Source: Takakia lepidozioides (taxonomy: Eukaryota > Plantae > Bryophyta). Taken from it: 64,000 bases of DNA. A program made the position numbers and the translations under genes. The stretch is taken from NCBI GenBank assembly GCA_030704615.1, contig CM060732.1, positions 3,224,001-3,288,000 of the forward strand, in the 5' to 3' direction. Of this stretch, positions 1-12,770 are shown piece by piece (the stretch's first letter is position 1; each line of letters starts with the position of its first letter). Under the pieces are notes generated by a model. The model did no database searches and was not told the DNA's origin. It saw nothing but the letters and a program-made list of their open reading frames with translations.

Positions 1-31
1 ACATATTTTGCACGACTAGAGCCGAACTTAC

Positions 32-1011
32 TCACACTCAAAATCGGAGTCCACGTCGAGATCCTCGTCAGGCGCTTCGGGCTCCTCAAGAAGTCCCTCT
101 GTGGATGGGGCAGAAGTAGTGCCCGACTCAAGCTGATGAAGCTCGCTTGAGAAGAGCTCCGTATCAGCCTCCATGTCAAAGAAGTGCCTTCCGGCGCTTT
201 TGCATGCATGAAAAGATGCTCCTGCAAATCGAAGATGAACGAGAAATCAAAACAGGGCTTCCCTAAGCTCACTGCCCACATTTCAAACATAGTGTTCAGG
301 GCCCCACCTGTTCCCATAGACAAGTCAACCACTCGTCCACCGTGACGGCTGCATGTCTCCACCAAAGTCTGCATGAAAGCTGGGGATTTCTCCCGTGCAC
401 CTCTCCAAGGGACACCAGTTGACCTTTTTGTAGTTCGACCCGAGTCCACGTAATTGAAGATTACATCATCCTCCACAGGCTCGCAAGTGGGGTCAATGTG
501 AGCTGCAAGGTCCCTCAACTGGAACTCAGCAATACCAGGAGGAAGAGTGTCCTTATGCACCCTCACCAGGCACAAAGCTTCGAACACCCGAGTCTGTCAA
601 TAATCACGAAGAGAGCATGAGGCAAAAGACACGAACCAACTATTGACATTTACTGAAGAACCACGAAACTTTAATTCAAAGGAACCAACTCACTTTCTGC
701 CCCGGGAACTCGCCCTTCGTAAGAGGCAGAGTGTTGATGCATGTCCAAGTTTTGATGACACGAAACCCGGAATCTTTCATGTAGCTGAAAAGAGTTCTCC
801 GTGCCGACATGTCCTTTGACTACATGAGAAGAAGAGTCCCGGAGTCAGAAAGGAATTTGTTGGTGAATGAGAAAGCCCACTGCCAGTAACGAGAATCCGA
901 TTTGTTCCAAGTGGGGGTTGAATTGGAAGGCAACACATCAGGGACAAGGAAACCGTTAGGAATGTCCAGCACCACAAGGTCAGTCGCGTATGCCTGCTGA
1001 ACTCCATTCAC
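32..1011 (-). pseudogene. Exons encoding amino-methyltransferase (N6_N4_Mtase-like) domain
   Basis: Motif order is IV-like (LDIPN) before I (VVDLSMGTG) and II (GRHFFDME), as in the beta class (DPPY ... K P ... VLDPFxGSGTT ... GRxFIGxE). Confidence 0.7.
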
Positions 1012-1893
1012 CCAATCCGGCTTTTTTGTGACCTACAGCCAAAAACAGGAGACAGTGTCACAAGCCCAATCCAGATCCAACAGGAAATCAATCCCCTCGA
1101 CAAGCCAGAACAAGTTGCCAAAACAAAATTATTCACACAACAGTTAAGACATATGTGCTTACCTGAGTGAGGAACGAAACAAGCATGTCCCATGATTTCG
1201 AGGGCACCCCTTTGAATGTGGACTTCCTGGATTCCATCATTGCTAGAAAACTTTCATTCACCACCTTACGATGGAACTGGCACAAAACCCTGGACGGATG
1301 TTCTCTCGCATCGAAAGGCTGCTCCCTCGACTTTGCTGTTCTATCCCTCCTAGTTGGAGAAGGCTATCTTTCAGCGGCCTCTGACGGGCCCTATTCCTGC
1401 GGAGCTACACTCTTCCCCTTCCCCTTCGGATCCCCGGCAATCTTCCCCTTCCGTTTTGGAGTAGTAGATTTCTCAGGCTATTTTACAGCCAGAGCAGCAA
1501 TGATTCTGTCCTGAGTGTCTTTGTCAGCCAGTGGGGCAAGTGCCGCGGCGTTGTCGTTAAGGTTTCTCAAAACAACTTCATCGAATGGTGTGTTCTGTTT
1601 TGGCAGATCGAGGTACCACCCACAATCTCTGAAGTGCGCCCTGCTCCAGTCTCTGGCAATACCAGCCGTGTACATTGTCTTGTCATTGAAGGGGTCAGCC
1701 CATGAGTAGATGAAGTTTGGGTCATCGCTAAGGTACTTTCCCGGTATGAGGACATGATACATGTACCTGAATGACACACACACCCAAAATCCAGACAGTC
1801 AATCGATCTGATCAGGACACAGATCACACATCACGAAAAGGGTATTGGCATGCAGGTCAGTATCACTGATAAACTAACGTTTGAAAGCCCGAA

Positions 1894-2648
1894 CAACCTT
1901 GCGTTGACACAATGTTGATTCGAGCTGAAATGGAAAACACTAAATTTGGAGAACTGCACTTTCAACAAGCACCTACGAGAGGGAAAGCCCATTATCCTAA
2001 AACATCTCATGCGCAACATGGAACCCCAATCAACCTTGCGTTGACGCAAAGAAGATTGGCGGATACACCTATGATAATGTAGCATTGAAAGAGACAGTGA
2101 TTGACAACGGAATTCAACATTGCGTCAACGCAAGGTTGTTTTCATTAACAGAGGAAATGGAAAACAATGCTTGAAAACAACCATCCGAAGATCTGCTGGT
2201 ATGGATATTCAACATTGCGTTGACGCAAGGTTGAATTCCTCTACTGAAACACCTGTCCATGGTATTTGATAACCTTAACTTTCCTACAATTGTATGGAAA
2301 TCGGGGTATTTTTGCAGGACATTTCTAGCAATCCATACCGTCAAACATGTGTCAACGCAAGGCTGTTTGTTGGTACAGTGTAAGCTCTAAACAACATTTC
2401 AAACAGACTCCAAACAAATTTTAAGTTCATCCTAGCAGAATTGGAACTGGAAACCATCAAAAAAACAGCTGAAGAACACAGGAAAACCTACATAGCCTGG
2501 CCCTTCATCAACCTTGCGTTGACGCAAGGTTGATTTGCCTGTCAGTTTTTGCCCTTTCACATGCAGAAAAACAACATCATTGGATACCCCAGGTACATGA
2601 AAGTGAAACCAAACCAACGGGATACAAGCTTGCGTTAACGCAATGTTG
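1894..2648. repeat. Intronic cluster of about 7 palindromes TCAACCTTGCGT-YR-ACGCAAGGTTGA
   Basis: Copies read at about 1894, 2028, 2113, 2208, 2341, 2507 and 2625. Confidence 0.85.
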
Positions 2649-3857
2649 CTCGGCTGCACGTCCAGAGCCTTCAGAGCTCCCTCAAAACCTCCAAATTTGC
2701 AGTTCTACATGGAAAAAACAACACAAGAATATACAAACATACACTTCAAGTACCAGATTTGTTTCTTGGAGGTCATACCTGTACAACACTCGTTTCATTG
2801 CTTGCTCGTTGTTGTACTAGTTTTTGAATTTGTAGGACCTGGAGATTCCTTTGTCTCTCTCGAACTCCCTGAAGAAACAATTGTTCCAGACAGCAAGCTT
2901 CCATCTCCTGATATAGGCCTCCAGTGTGATCCGGGGGCAAGCCATCTGGATTTTGTAGTCTGCCATTGACTCCCCAAGTGCAGCCACCGCTCGTTTTTCC
3001 AACTGCAACAACAAAAATCATAAGAATTGTGGAGAGAGCACGGAGCAGCACAAGCATTTGAAAATGGTTTTGTGGAAACCTTACCTGGCTCCAGAAGGTT
3101 GCTTTGTGTATCAACTGGTCGAATGTGTGGTCGCTAACAACTTTTATTGCTTGTGTCTTCGAGTCCCTTTCAGGGTATGGTTTTGGTGTCTCTCAAAAGT
3201 GGATCAGAATTCCAGATTTCCAACCACCTGATTTTGGTTGCATTGTCCACCATTGAAATGGAAAGGCGATGCAGTTTCTCTTGGGTCATCTCTAGCTTGG
3301 AGCCATACTTGTCATAATGTGCTTTCACCTGTTCCAGAAATTCCGTGCCAAGACTTGGATCTGCTATGCGGATTTGTTTGTCGAACGCACTCATGAGGTT
3401 CTTCCTTTGATTGTTCATCTCGAATTTCATAATGTCCTCAAGCCCAGTTGCAGACCTCTGCTCTTCTGTGTGGGAAGCATAGTACTCTACTTTCGCCTTC
3501 AAACCAATTTTTGCTATTTCTTGCTGCATACATTATAGGGAGAAAGAATCAAACACTGTCGTTTCTTGATAAAATTTGCAGTAACAACAATCAAACAGAT
3601 GTCAAGAAAAGCCTCCCTTGTCAGGCTGTACCATGTGCTTGTCTTCTTTTCAGCACACCTCTTCATCTGCTGAGGACTAAGCACGTTCGTGAATGACTCC
3701 AGTGGCATCAGCCCTATCTTCTGGATACGGAATAGAGTGTGGCAGAGATTTTTCGTCACATGGGAGGTTTCATTGGACCTGGAAAAACCTTCAACTCATA
3801 AGATGATTTCTAATTGTGCAAACGCAGATCAGAATGGGAACAATGTTGGTAACTTAC

Positions 3858-4456
3858 TTGTTTATGTCGTGCATGGCTGTCAAGAGTTGCGTGACACGTC
3901 CTTTGTGGTCGAGTACCATGGAAACCACGCTCCAGCGCCATTCAATCTCGTCCGAGTGCAAGCTTGAAATGTAATCCATCCAGGCAAGCAGTCTATGGTT
4001 TCCATCCCAGACAAAAAACATCTTTCCCATAAACGCTTTTGTGGAGGCTTTTTTGGATAGCTTGAACTCGAACTCCCTGTTTACATCCCACCAGCATGCA
4101 TCCCAACTTTGCTCTATGTCCTCTGTTACAAGACACTCCTCTCCTTTCGTGTTCACAGTGGATACATAGAACACTACAGATCCCTTGATATAGCCGTGAA
4201 CAAAATCATTCTTGAACTTCGTGATGTCGTTCCTCAATGCGGGTCGAACCGCGGGCATGGAGATCATCCTGCATAGTGGGATAGCCAGGTTTCCGCCGGG
4301 AACCTCCATCGACAGAATCACCTTCGAGGAGTTCACTTTCTGCCCACCCATAACCTCCTCGGCCTTGTCTTCATAGTGTCCCTCAAATGACTCTTCCTCA
4401 CCATCACCTTCTGCCACTGCCGCATCTCCCCCCACGGATTTCCTTTTTCTTTTCCT
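3858..4456 (-). CDS. Exon encoding ParB/sulfiredoxin-like domain
   Basis: DGNHR motif in FFVWDGNHRLLAW, preceded by an IPL..M.S.P.VR strand and a helix; canonical splice sites; homologous to 25330-26211. Confidence 0.75.
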
Positions 4457-4502
4457 CTGCAGATAATGAATATCCCTGTGAGTGATAGATTGAGCTCCCA
4501 TG

Positions 4503-5090
4503 GATCAACCTCGCGTTGACGCAAGGTTGATTGATGGGGATGTAGCTTAGTCTGAAATGCATACCGCAACAGTCCATTGAACCCACTAAATGCTTTGCGT
4601 TGACGCAGGGTTCTTTTGGGGGCTTCAGATAATCGACTTTCCCTACTTTGCGGTTCCTAGTGCGAGACTTCGGATGCTGGGAGTGGCATCAAAATCAGCC
4701 TTGCGTCAACGCAAGGTTGATTCGAGTGCTGAATCTGCTTCATGTCACCTTCATAAACTTACACTATGGAGGTCGACATCAACCTTGCCTTGACGCAAGG
4801 TTGATGTTGAGCTCTCAGATTGGTGTTCAACAAACAAAAAAATCAGATGGAAAAGCACATTGCAACTTATGGTTTCTTCTTGGCACTTGATGATGCACCG
4901 GAAGCATTCAACAGTTCCATGGCTGCCAGGCATTTAGGGTTGGTGGGAATGAACAAAAAAGGCACACGAATCAACCTCGCGTCAACGCAAGGTTGATTCG
5001 AGTGCAATATCTGCACTCGTTTCATACCCATAACATACGCTTTGGAGGTCGACATCAACCTTGCGTTGATGCAAGGTTGATGTCGACCTC
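4503..5090. repeat. Second cluster of about 6 family-A palindromes, including an extended hairpin at about 5045-5090
   Basis: Copies at about 4504, 4592, 4693, 4778, 4969 and 5054; the last reads GAGGTCGACATCAACCTTGCGTTGATGCAAGGTTGATGTCGACCTC. Confidence 0.85.
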
Positions 5091-6278
5091 TCTGATTAGC
5101 ATGGAACAGACAAAAACAAAAAAGGGAAAAAGAGGGTTGATAGTCACCTCCGGTTTCTTCTTTACACTTGATGATGCTCCTGAGGCATTCAACTTTTCCA
5201 TGAGGTCTGGAGGCAGCATGCTTCCAAGGAGGTCCCGGTGGTGCGAAACAACGGCAGACGACATTGTTTCTATGTCCATCTCTCCTCCCTGCTCTCTCAA
5301 GACCTTGTTCTCCACTCGCAGTGCTTCCAGTTGACTTCCTCGTCCTCCCCCCCTTCTATTGGAGGTTGCTCTTTGGTCGCCTTCGGGATCACTGCAAGAC
5401 CTTCCTCTCCAAACAATGGTTGCAGAATCGGGTTTTGGCGTTCGTCCTCATCTCCGCCGGAGGTTTCTTCTCCCATTCTAAGTTCCCGTCTCGTCTTCCT
5501 CATCCTCTCCTTAGCGCATACCCTTTGCTTGTTTGATGTGAAGTAAAGTGTTCTTCGACGTTTTCTTCTCCCTCGGGATGTGGTCACCGTCTCTACAGAA
5601 TCTAGGGTTGCAAGGACAATAAGGAGAAGAAGGAAAAAAGGGGGCTACGGTGGGTTCATTGCAAGGCCTTCCACGCCAAGCTGATCGCTCGGAATGACCT
5701 GTGCGCCACAAGCTCATTCCACATGCATGGCGAACACGTGTCCATCTAATCGTTATGAATATCTCCTGAAATCATTTTTTTCTCATCCACCAAAATTCGT
5801 TCGGGTCCACCTCTCATCCGAAAAAGTTCATTGCTGAGTAATAGCTTTTGGGATGTTTCAGAGGAATGTGAAGTATGTATAGTTGTACAGCGGTGCAGGT
5901 GCCGTTAAAATTGAATGGAAATGGGCATCTCATCTGGAATCTTTGACATGACAGGCAAATGGCGGCTCTGTCAGTCAATCTTGTGAGTTGGTTGTCCAAT
6001 GCACTGGTGGGGCACCTGTGAGAAAACAGTGGGATTCTTTGATTAGGGCTGACATTATCCACTCCGCATTTGGGCACTCTGCGACCATCCACTTGGTTCG
6101 CATGGGGACACATTTCTATGATGTGCCGAACCGCATTAAGAGACTTGCATGCGGGAGCGACACCTGCAATTGTGTGTAAGGACGTCTTCTATACAGCCAA
6201 AAAACTCTGCTCTAGTACAATCTGCAATCAAAAGCAACATCAGACTCTGAACTGTGCGTTTTGAAGCAACATTGACAG

Positions 6279-8045
6279 ATGGCCTCCCAGCCCATGGGCT
6301 CCCTTGACGCGGACTTCTTCAGTGAGGACCACCCTGTCCCCTTTTCTTACGAGGTGGAAGATGACGGTTTTGCGGTGGTGCATGAACTCGAGGGACCAGC
6401 TTTGGACACTGTTATGGACCATTTCTCGACTTTGACTTCTCCAAACATTAGGAATCAGGTGAACGCTTTAAGAATGGGCTCTGGGAGCCGAGGTTATATG
6501 GACAATATTATGGATTTGAAGAAAATGAGCATGTACGACTACATCCAAGACAACGTTTTCCCGGGGCAAGGAGCCAGGAAAGTGTTCTTGTTCAAAATGT
6601 CCACAAAAGGTGAGGGCAGCGGAGTCAGCCTGGTTAAACGTATGCAGAAGGGTGGCGATCTAGGCAACTGCTTCCTTATGTTCGATCACGTCAAGAGGGT
6701 TAAAGACTGGACCACAATGGCATGTCATGTTTACGACCCTGTGTACCAGTGTCATGACAATTGCAGTGTATGCGGCTACAGCCGATGACCTTATCCATGC
6801 TCTGCAACAGCAAACCAGATACCATTCTTGAGGGGTGGCCTTGGAGGCAAAGGCCCAGACAAGAGCGAGTTGATGTTGCGGGCAGCCAGAAGATCGGGGG
6901 ATCCCAACAAAATAGCGCGGGCAGTGAGCATATGTGCAGATGGCACCCCTCTCGTGGGAAGAGTTCCCCATCTGGAAGGCGAAGAGAGATTCGGGTCTTG
7001 CAAACGAAAATTGGATACCCCTCCTGGATCGGATGCAGATTCCCATAGGGCGGACCGGGTCAACTTCTCGACGCCACGTGTTCCCTTGGATCAGAGATGG
7101 AATTGCGGAACATCCACGGGTGAGGGCCATTCTGCCCCAGACCGGACCCCTGCATCAAGCACTGTCACTGCAATGGTTGAAGACCATAACGTGGTGCCGC
7201 ATGTAATAGAGTCCATGTGCTTGGATGAGGTTTGGCATATAGAATGCACAAGTGCTGGATCGCGTGTGAAATGCGCGGCGATCAGGGCCACCAATCATGA
7301 AAAATGCACATCATTAATATCCAGAGGGAAAGAACGCACTGCAGCTCCTACATTCACTGGTTTGTTTCTCCCTTACGGCCAAGGAGAGGCAAAGAACCAC
7401 AAGTTCTGGTTTTGCGCTGACGATTGTGGGAGATGTGTGCGTGGGACAGTGAGGCCCTCCGTGGTGAGGAAGCCTACTCCACCAACCGTGTGGCCTGTGA
7501 AGATGGGCACAGGTTTCATTCACCAAGAGATCGCAATGCTGGAAGAGGCGGGTTTCTCCCTAGCCAGACATTCCATTACACGTGAAGGTGCTTCAAGTAC
7601 AAGCAGTTCACGGGTACCTCCGCCTGACGCTCACTTGCGGCCAACCAGACGGAATGGGAAGCTGGTTCAACGATTCCCTCCAACCGCAGAACACTATGGC
7701 AAAATCGAGTCCGCGAGAATGCTTCACGCTCGTGTTGCGGGAACAATGGAAGTGCCTGATCCAGGGTATGGTCGGGTCTTCACCATGATCTCATCCACAT
7801 CTCCGCTGCAGGACAAGACGTACGACATCACTGTTTCCAATTTTCCCAATTGTACCTGTCCTGATTTTGTTGGTATGCTTTCAAGTAGTTTGGGAAAGAG
7901 AGGGAAGTTCATACCGTGCAAACACCTTTACTTCGTCTTCTTGAGAAGGATGGTTTGTGATCCAAAGCGGGACTTCTTCATTTACCAAGCCACTACGAGT
8001 TTCAACAAAGTCAACATACTTCTACAGCGGGATACAAGCCCATAG
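6279..8045 (+). pseudogene. Internally deleted MULE-type transposase with C-terminal SWIM zinc finger (family A)
   Basis: FPGQG..FKMST..GSGV.LV.RM...LMFDHVKR..W.TM..HVYD matches 29745-31034. The sequence jumps at about 6770 from MTIAV to YAATADDL, losing the second Asp, CxxH and Glu. SWIM: CTCPDF...PCKHLY. Confidence 0.8.
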
Positions 8046-8203
8046 AAAGCATGCACTTGACACTCCGAAATCTGTGTTTTCCTTGACTACAACTTGTAAT
8101 GGAATGACTGTTCAAGTCCAGTCTCTCTCAATGTATGTCGTCTAACATCTTTGCTATGCGTGGGTCGATGCATTTGTCGCATTGGTTTGTCATTTAGTTT
8201 TCA

Positions 8204-10646
8204 TTAGCAAGCACAAGAAACTACCTTCAGATGGACAGATGACTCCCTTGCAACTGGAGTTTTAGGTGGGTTAAAAGTAGCATTGCCCCATACCTCAGGC
8301 TGTGGTGGCTGTGGTGGCTGTGGTGTGGTTGTAGTAACAACAGGTTCAGCTACTCGTACAGTGACTTGTTGTGGTGCTGGTGGTACTGGCTCTTGTATCA
8401 TTGGCATCTCCTGCACCTCCTGTGAAGACTGAAAAGCCAAAGTTCTGGCTTGTAAATAAGAAGCCATTAGCTGTTCCTGAGGGATATAGACTCTTTTGTC
8501 GATATTTGAAGTGAGGTCCTCCACTTGAGTCTGCAGTCCGTCTACATCCTCCTGTAACTCTGCTATCCTACTATAGACATTGTCTATAATAGTTGTTGCA
8601 ATGTTCTGCACTTGCAGTCTGAGCTCATTCATCTCGCTTTGGGTGAGCTTTCGTGGTGCTTTGCCCTCCACTGGCCCTTGTGCTAACCATACCTGCATAA
8701 GGCTGTTATCCACCAAGTTGCTTGTGGTTTCTCTGAGAGTGTGCTCCTCTCTGAGTTTGTACACTTCTAACTGGTGTTGTAAAGCCTCCATGCGCTTCGC
8801 ATGAGGTTCAACCAAATTCGCATAGGCAGCAAGTAGATTATTAGTTTCCCTCCAAGCCTTGTTAATGACCGAGATTTCATTTCTATTGGCCATGAGCGTT
8901 TGTTGCAACTCCAGGATGTACTTCTCTTGGTCAGCTTCAACCTGTCTGTATTGCTTGAAAGTATCCTCATTGCGACAGATTGTATTCTTCATATCGACAA
9001 TGAGTTTCATTTGCTCAACATTCTCTTGTTCTGCCTTCGTACATTTTTCCGCTTGACTGTTTATTTCTTTTGTAGATTGGTCAAGCATAGTTGTGAATGT
9101 AGCACATTGTATCGCCATCCTGTCATGCACTGTCTGCAACTCCGTATGTAGTGCATTCACTTATTGCAACTTGTTTTCATGTTGCACCTGCATTTGGTAT
9201 AGCTGTTGCTTATGTGCTTCGTGCAACTAGTCTTGCGCGAGGCCTGCCTCAATCAATTGTTCCTTGGCCAATTGCAAAGTCGCTTCTGTATTTGCAAGTC
9301 CTGCTGCATCTTGAGAGTGACCTCCTCATCGACCTTGTTTGCACACTCAGTGGCTAGTCGAGCCTCAAACTCCTTCCTGAGTTCCTCTCTCAAGGCTGTC
9401 AATTGGGTAGTTGGAACATGGGATTTGACATAAGTCCCCAACAAATTAAGTGTCATGCCTATGGAACTCATCAGCATTGCCTGTTGAGGGTCATCATGGT
9501 GAGGTTGCTGCTGTTCCTCCTGATCCTCAACTGTGTGATGTCTCACGAACCACTCAGGCCATTGTCCCACCGGATTTTCTTCCTGAACCACTTCATCCAT
9601 CACCGGTGCTGCAGTGTCTTGACCTTCTACCTGTGGTACCTCCGACACAGGTGTGTGTATTATATGCACCTCTGGATTTCCCTTGGGAAACTGTTGCACC
9701 TCTGGAATCTCTGTCTCCTTGACCAGACCAGAATATTCATAGAGAAGGTCCCCCTTCTCAATTTCTGCCACTATCTGTTCTGTAGTTGGAATATCTAACC
9801 CTTCTTTTTCCAAATCAATTATTTCTGGTGGCACTTCATGGGCAACTTGTGGTAACCTTGTGACAAGCCGATCAGCTGGCTGTGATGACTGTGATGCTGA
9901 AGTAACTTCCTCCTCCCTCTCTGAAGGTCCTGCTTCCAGTAATAGCAGTTATCTGTGCTGCTGTGCCCCTTCCTGCACATGAGCTTGGGAAACATTATCA
10001 TGCGGAATCCGTGAAGCTAGTGGATCCGCCACTACAGTCTTTCCCCGTCTCTGCCTCTTAGTCTCGGGTTGCCCTGCTAGTCCACCCTCACTGTGTGAAG
10101 AGGCTTGCTCTTCCATTGCAGTGGTTTCTGGCTCAAACACTCCCATCTCCTTTCTTTCTTGCGCATCAAGTATGCCAGAATCAAGAATTATTTGAGCAAT
10201 GATTGGGCCAGACACTATGATAGGAGACTTTGCGGTAGTACCTTGTAATCTTTTCATCTCCTCCACCAGTGCGTTGTACATTATGTCCGCCCATTCTACC
10301 TCTTGTCCTTTCAGTGCTTTGAGTATTTCCTCCGTGAAGGATCTGCTCAAATACTGTTGGTTCTGTTTCATGGTAATCAGAACGTTCAATACCTGGCCTA
10401 CCTCCTTTAGCCTTGGGTACACGACCTTGGTACAAGCATAACCCTGAGTTTTAAAGAAACTCCCTTCTTGGAATAAGTCCCCTATTTGCAGTCTTGCCCT
10501 GTGCTCCTCCACATGCACCTGACCTGCTGGCAATTGAAACAATTGCTGGAGGTATAGGGGAGTAATTACTAATTCAACTCCCTTCACCGTTGTTGTTCCT
10601 GTCCTTGGCTCAAAGTTCTGCAAGAATTGTAACATGTACTGTCTAT
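8204..10646 (-). pseudogene. Fragment of Ty3 3' accessory ORF (coiled-coil rich), homologue of 42686-44626
   Basis: HRQYMLQFLQNF...YLQQLFQLP and VEWADIMYNALVEEMKRL align with HDELCREFLENY...YLAEVFHLP and VNWASFLLKKLTQELTRL; VWLAQG matches AWLNEG. Broken by stops and cut at 10646. Confidence 0.65.
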
Positions 10647-10727
10647 GGGGGCTGCTATTTCATGAGCCATGAGCCATGAGCGGCATGAGCCATGAGCAGA
10701 GTTGTAAGTGTGGAAAAAAACATGAGC
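10647..10727 (+). repeat. Left terminal inverted repeat of family B, with CATGAGC heptamer repeats
   Basis: GGGGGCTG-CTATTTCATGAGC(CATGAGC)n; the 13-mer CTATTTCATGAGC recurs inverted at 33600-33612; the flanking ORF is truncated here. Confidence 0.7.
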
Positions 10728-11109
10728 AACACTATTTTCCGGAAATGAGTGTCCGCGGGAATAGGGTTTAGGGTGCCACGGTCATAGGGGGAGAAGGACC
10801 TCCCGATGAAGGAGGTTCGGCAATGTTATTTAGAATTATATATTGAAAGGCAATGTTTTGCGAATGGTAGGGTGGTATTGCTCTGTACAATGGGGGCCCA
10901 TTTCAGCCTACCAGCCACTTGCAAAATCCACCCACACTCCCAATCCCAAACGAAATGAGCAATGACGCATTCTCGGAACGATGGACACAGAATAGAATAA
11001 AAAGAGGGCACAATGAGGTTTTTATTGATCCACATGAATTGCATTTGAAGCACGTCTACTGTGCTGATTGTGCAATCAAATCTTTAGCCCTGTGCCTACT
11101 GAATACAAG

Positions 11110-11641
11110 TCACGTTGTCAATGGGACTTCGACTGCTCTCAGAACTAGCTCATGAGTCATGGGGCTCCTCCAGGTAAAGTCGATTGCAGCCGTTGTACCC
11201 CCCCTAGTGATGTTCACCACAATGTCCTGCCCTTCAATCATACCACCATCGAATATGGAAATCTTCACGTTTTCGTCGTCCACACCAATGCGAATGTCCC
11301 CATACAATGGAGAAGAGGAGCGCACTCCTTCAGGAGAATAGGTCTCTCCGATGGAGTCCACCCACGTCCAATGGCAGCAGTTCCACCGCAATAGCATAGC
11401 AGTGCACCTTCTTCTGCATGGGTGACCGTCGTAGCTGGGAAAATCGGAATCGAGGATGCGCAGGAGCCATGGACTCCTCAGACCAAGATCGTCACCCCGC
11501 TCGAAGGCGTAGTGGCCTATGATATACTCAAAAGCCACCAATGTTTCCACAATCGAACCAGTATCTTCTCTGTAATCTGTGTACCATTGCATAATCGATG
11601 CCTCCAAATGGGCAGTCGTCCCGGTTCCGGAAGCACGGCAT
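11110..11641 (-). pseudogene. Unknown protein, paralogue of 12192-12770, frameshifted near the N-terminus
   Basis: MPCFRNRDDCPFGGIDYAM, then in another frame FERG...PWLLRILD...WNCCHWT...PLYGDIRI...FDGGMIEGQDIVV...ELVLRAVEVP. Confidence 0.7.
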
Positions 11642-12191
11642 CCTTGCAAAGGAGGACCTGAGGACGACTTGGATGCTGATGACCTTGCGGACAGCTACGA
11701 AGCCCTTAGATTTTGGAAATGATGCGAAGCGGAAGAGCAGTCCGGCCTCCAATAATGGAGCATCTGGGTCCCACGTACCCACCGACGGAGGTGGAACGTG
11801 TTCATCACGCCAGCGGTGGATGAACCCATACATCATTCTCATCAACAAGTTATAGTTTGAGATCTGCCACCGAAGTCCATCCCCCCGGATGGAAATTCGG
11901 CGCCGCATTTACATCGAAGAGGGGATGGACTTCGTCGTGTCCAGTGGCTATCGGCCCACCTGGCAGTGAGTGCCCATAGTTTGCATGGCAGGGTAGGAAA
12001 CTGAAACGGCTACATTCATGCAGCAGCCAATCTTCATCGGTCCAGGATCCTATAGGGGGGAAATTTAAATGTGCCCTGGAGTGTTTGTGAGGAATTGCAG
12101 CGTTAGCTTGAACTTTTTCCAGCCACCGCGCTGCTCCTCCTCCATCCGGGAGCTGCTGTCATTGAGCGTACTCCGCTACTCTTTTTCAAGG

Positions 12192-12770
12192 ATGCCGTGC
12201 CGCCGAAATCCAGCCGACTGCCCTTATCATGGCCACGATTATGCTATGTTCAAACCAGAATCAGGAGACATCATTGTCTGGCTCTCTGTTTTCACAGACG
12301 CTGCTGGAATCAAGCAAGAGTCTTTGCGCGCAATGGAGTATCTGGAGGGCTATTACCGCTTTGAGCGAGGTGAGGGCGAGGGTCAATGCGGTCCGTGGGT
12401 CCTGAAAATTGTTGACCTCGATATACCAAGCTGGAAAGGGATGCCGGACAGATCACGCACGGCCTCGCTTTGGAGCTGGAACTGCTGCCAGTGGACCAGG
12501 GAGGACGGCACCGGGGAAAACTATATACGTGCAGATCACTCCGCTCTTCCAGTGTATGGAGACATTCGGCTGAGTTGCGAAGACGAATCGCACGGGCACA
12601 TGAGGCCCACAGTGACCTTGTCAATGTATGATGGTGGTATCATTGATGGACATGACATTGTCGTCGGCTCCAGCAAGGGCAGCAGAACGACCGAATTGCA
12701 GTTTACCTCGAGGTGCCGCAGCAGTGATGAGCTTGTTTTGAGGGGTATCGAAGTTCCGTCGACTTGGTGA
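12192..12770 (+). CDS. Unknown 192-aa cargo protein
   Basis: Open ORF MPCRRNPADCPYHGHDYAM...WNCCQWT...YGDIRL...YDGGIIDGHDIVV...ELVLRGIEVP. Protein-level conservation with the divergent paralogue; both starts read CAAGGATGCCGTGC. Confidence 0.7.
   Translation: MPCRRNPADCPYHGHDYAMFKPESGDIIVWLSVFTDAAGIKQESLRAMEYLEGYYRFERGEGEGQCGPWVLKIVDLDIPSWKGMPDRSRTASLWSWNCCQWTREDGTGENYIRADHSALPVYGDIRLSCEDESHGHMRPTVTLSMYDGGIIDGHDIVVGSSKGSRTTELQFTSRCRSSDELVLRGIEVPSTW

Larger units (their letters stand above)
32..5587 (-). pseudogene. Multi-exon ParB/Srx-like domain + beta-class N6/N4 DNA methyltransferase-like gene (Mutator-like family A cargo); continues off the left edge
   Basis: Exon 3858-4456 (AG/GTAAGT boundaries) encodes IPLCRMISMPAVR...FFVWDGNHRLLAW. 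Later exons encode DLVVLDIPNG and WTCINTL (ending 694), PWRGAREKSPAFMQTLVETCSRHGGRVVDLSMGT (308-593) and G-ASFHACKSAGRHFFDMEAD (32-221). In-frame TAG at 820-822. Collinear with the gene at 21649-26770. The start position is approximate. Confidence 0.75.

Noticed and set aside
3858-4456. Bacterial or phage contamination (ParB, MTase)
   Set aside because: The genes have spliceosomal GT-AG introns and are interleaved with plant retrotransposons.
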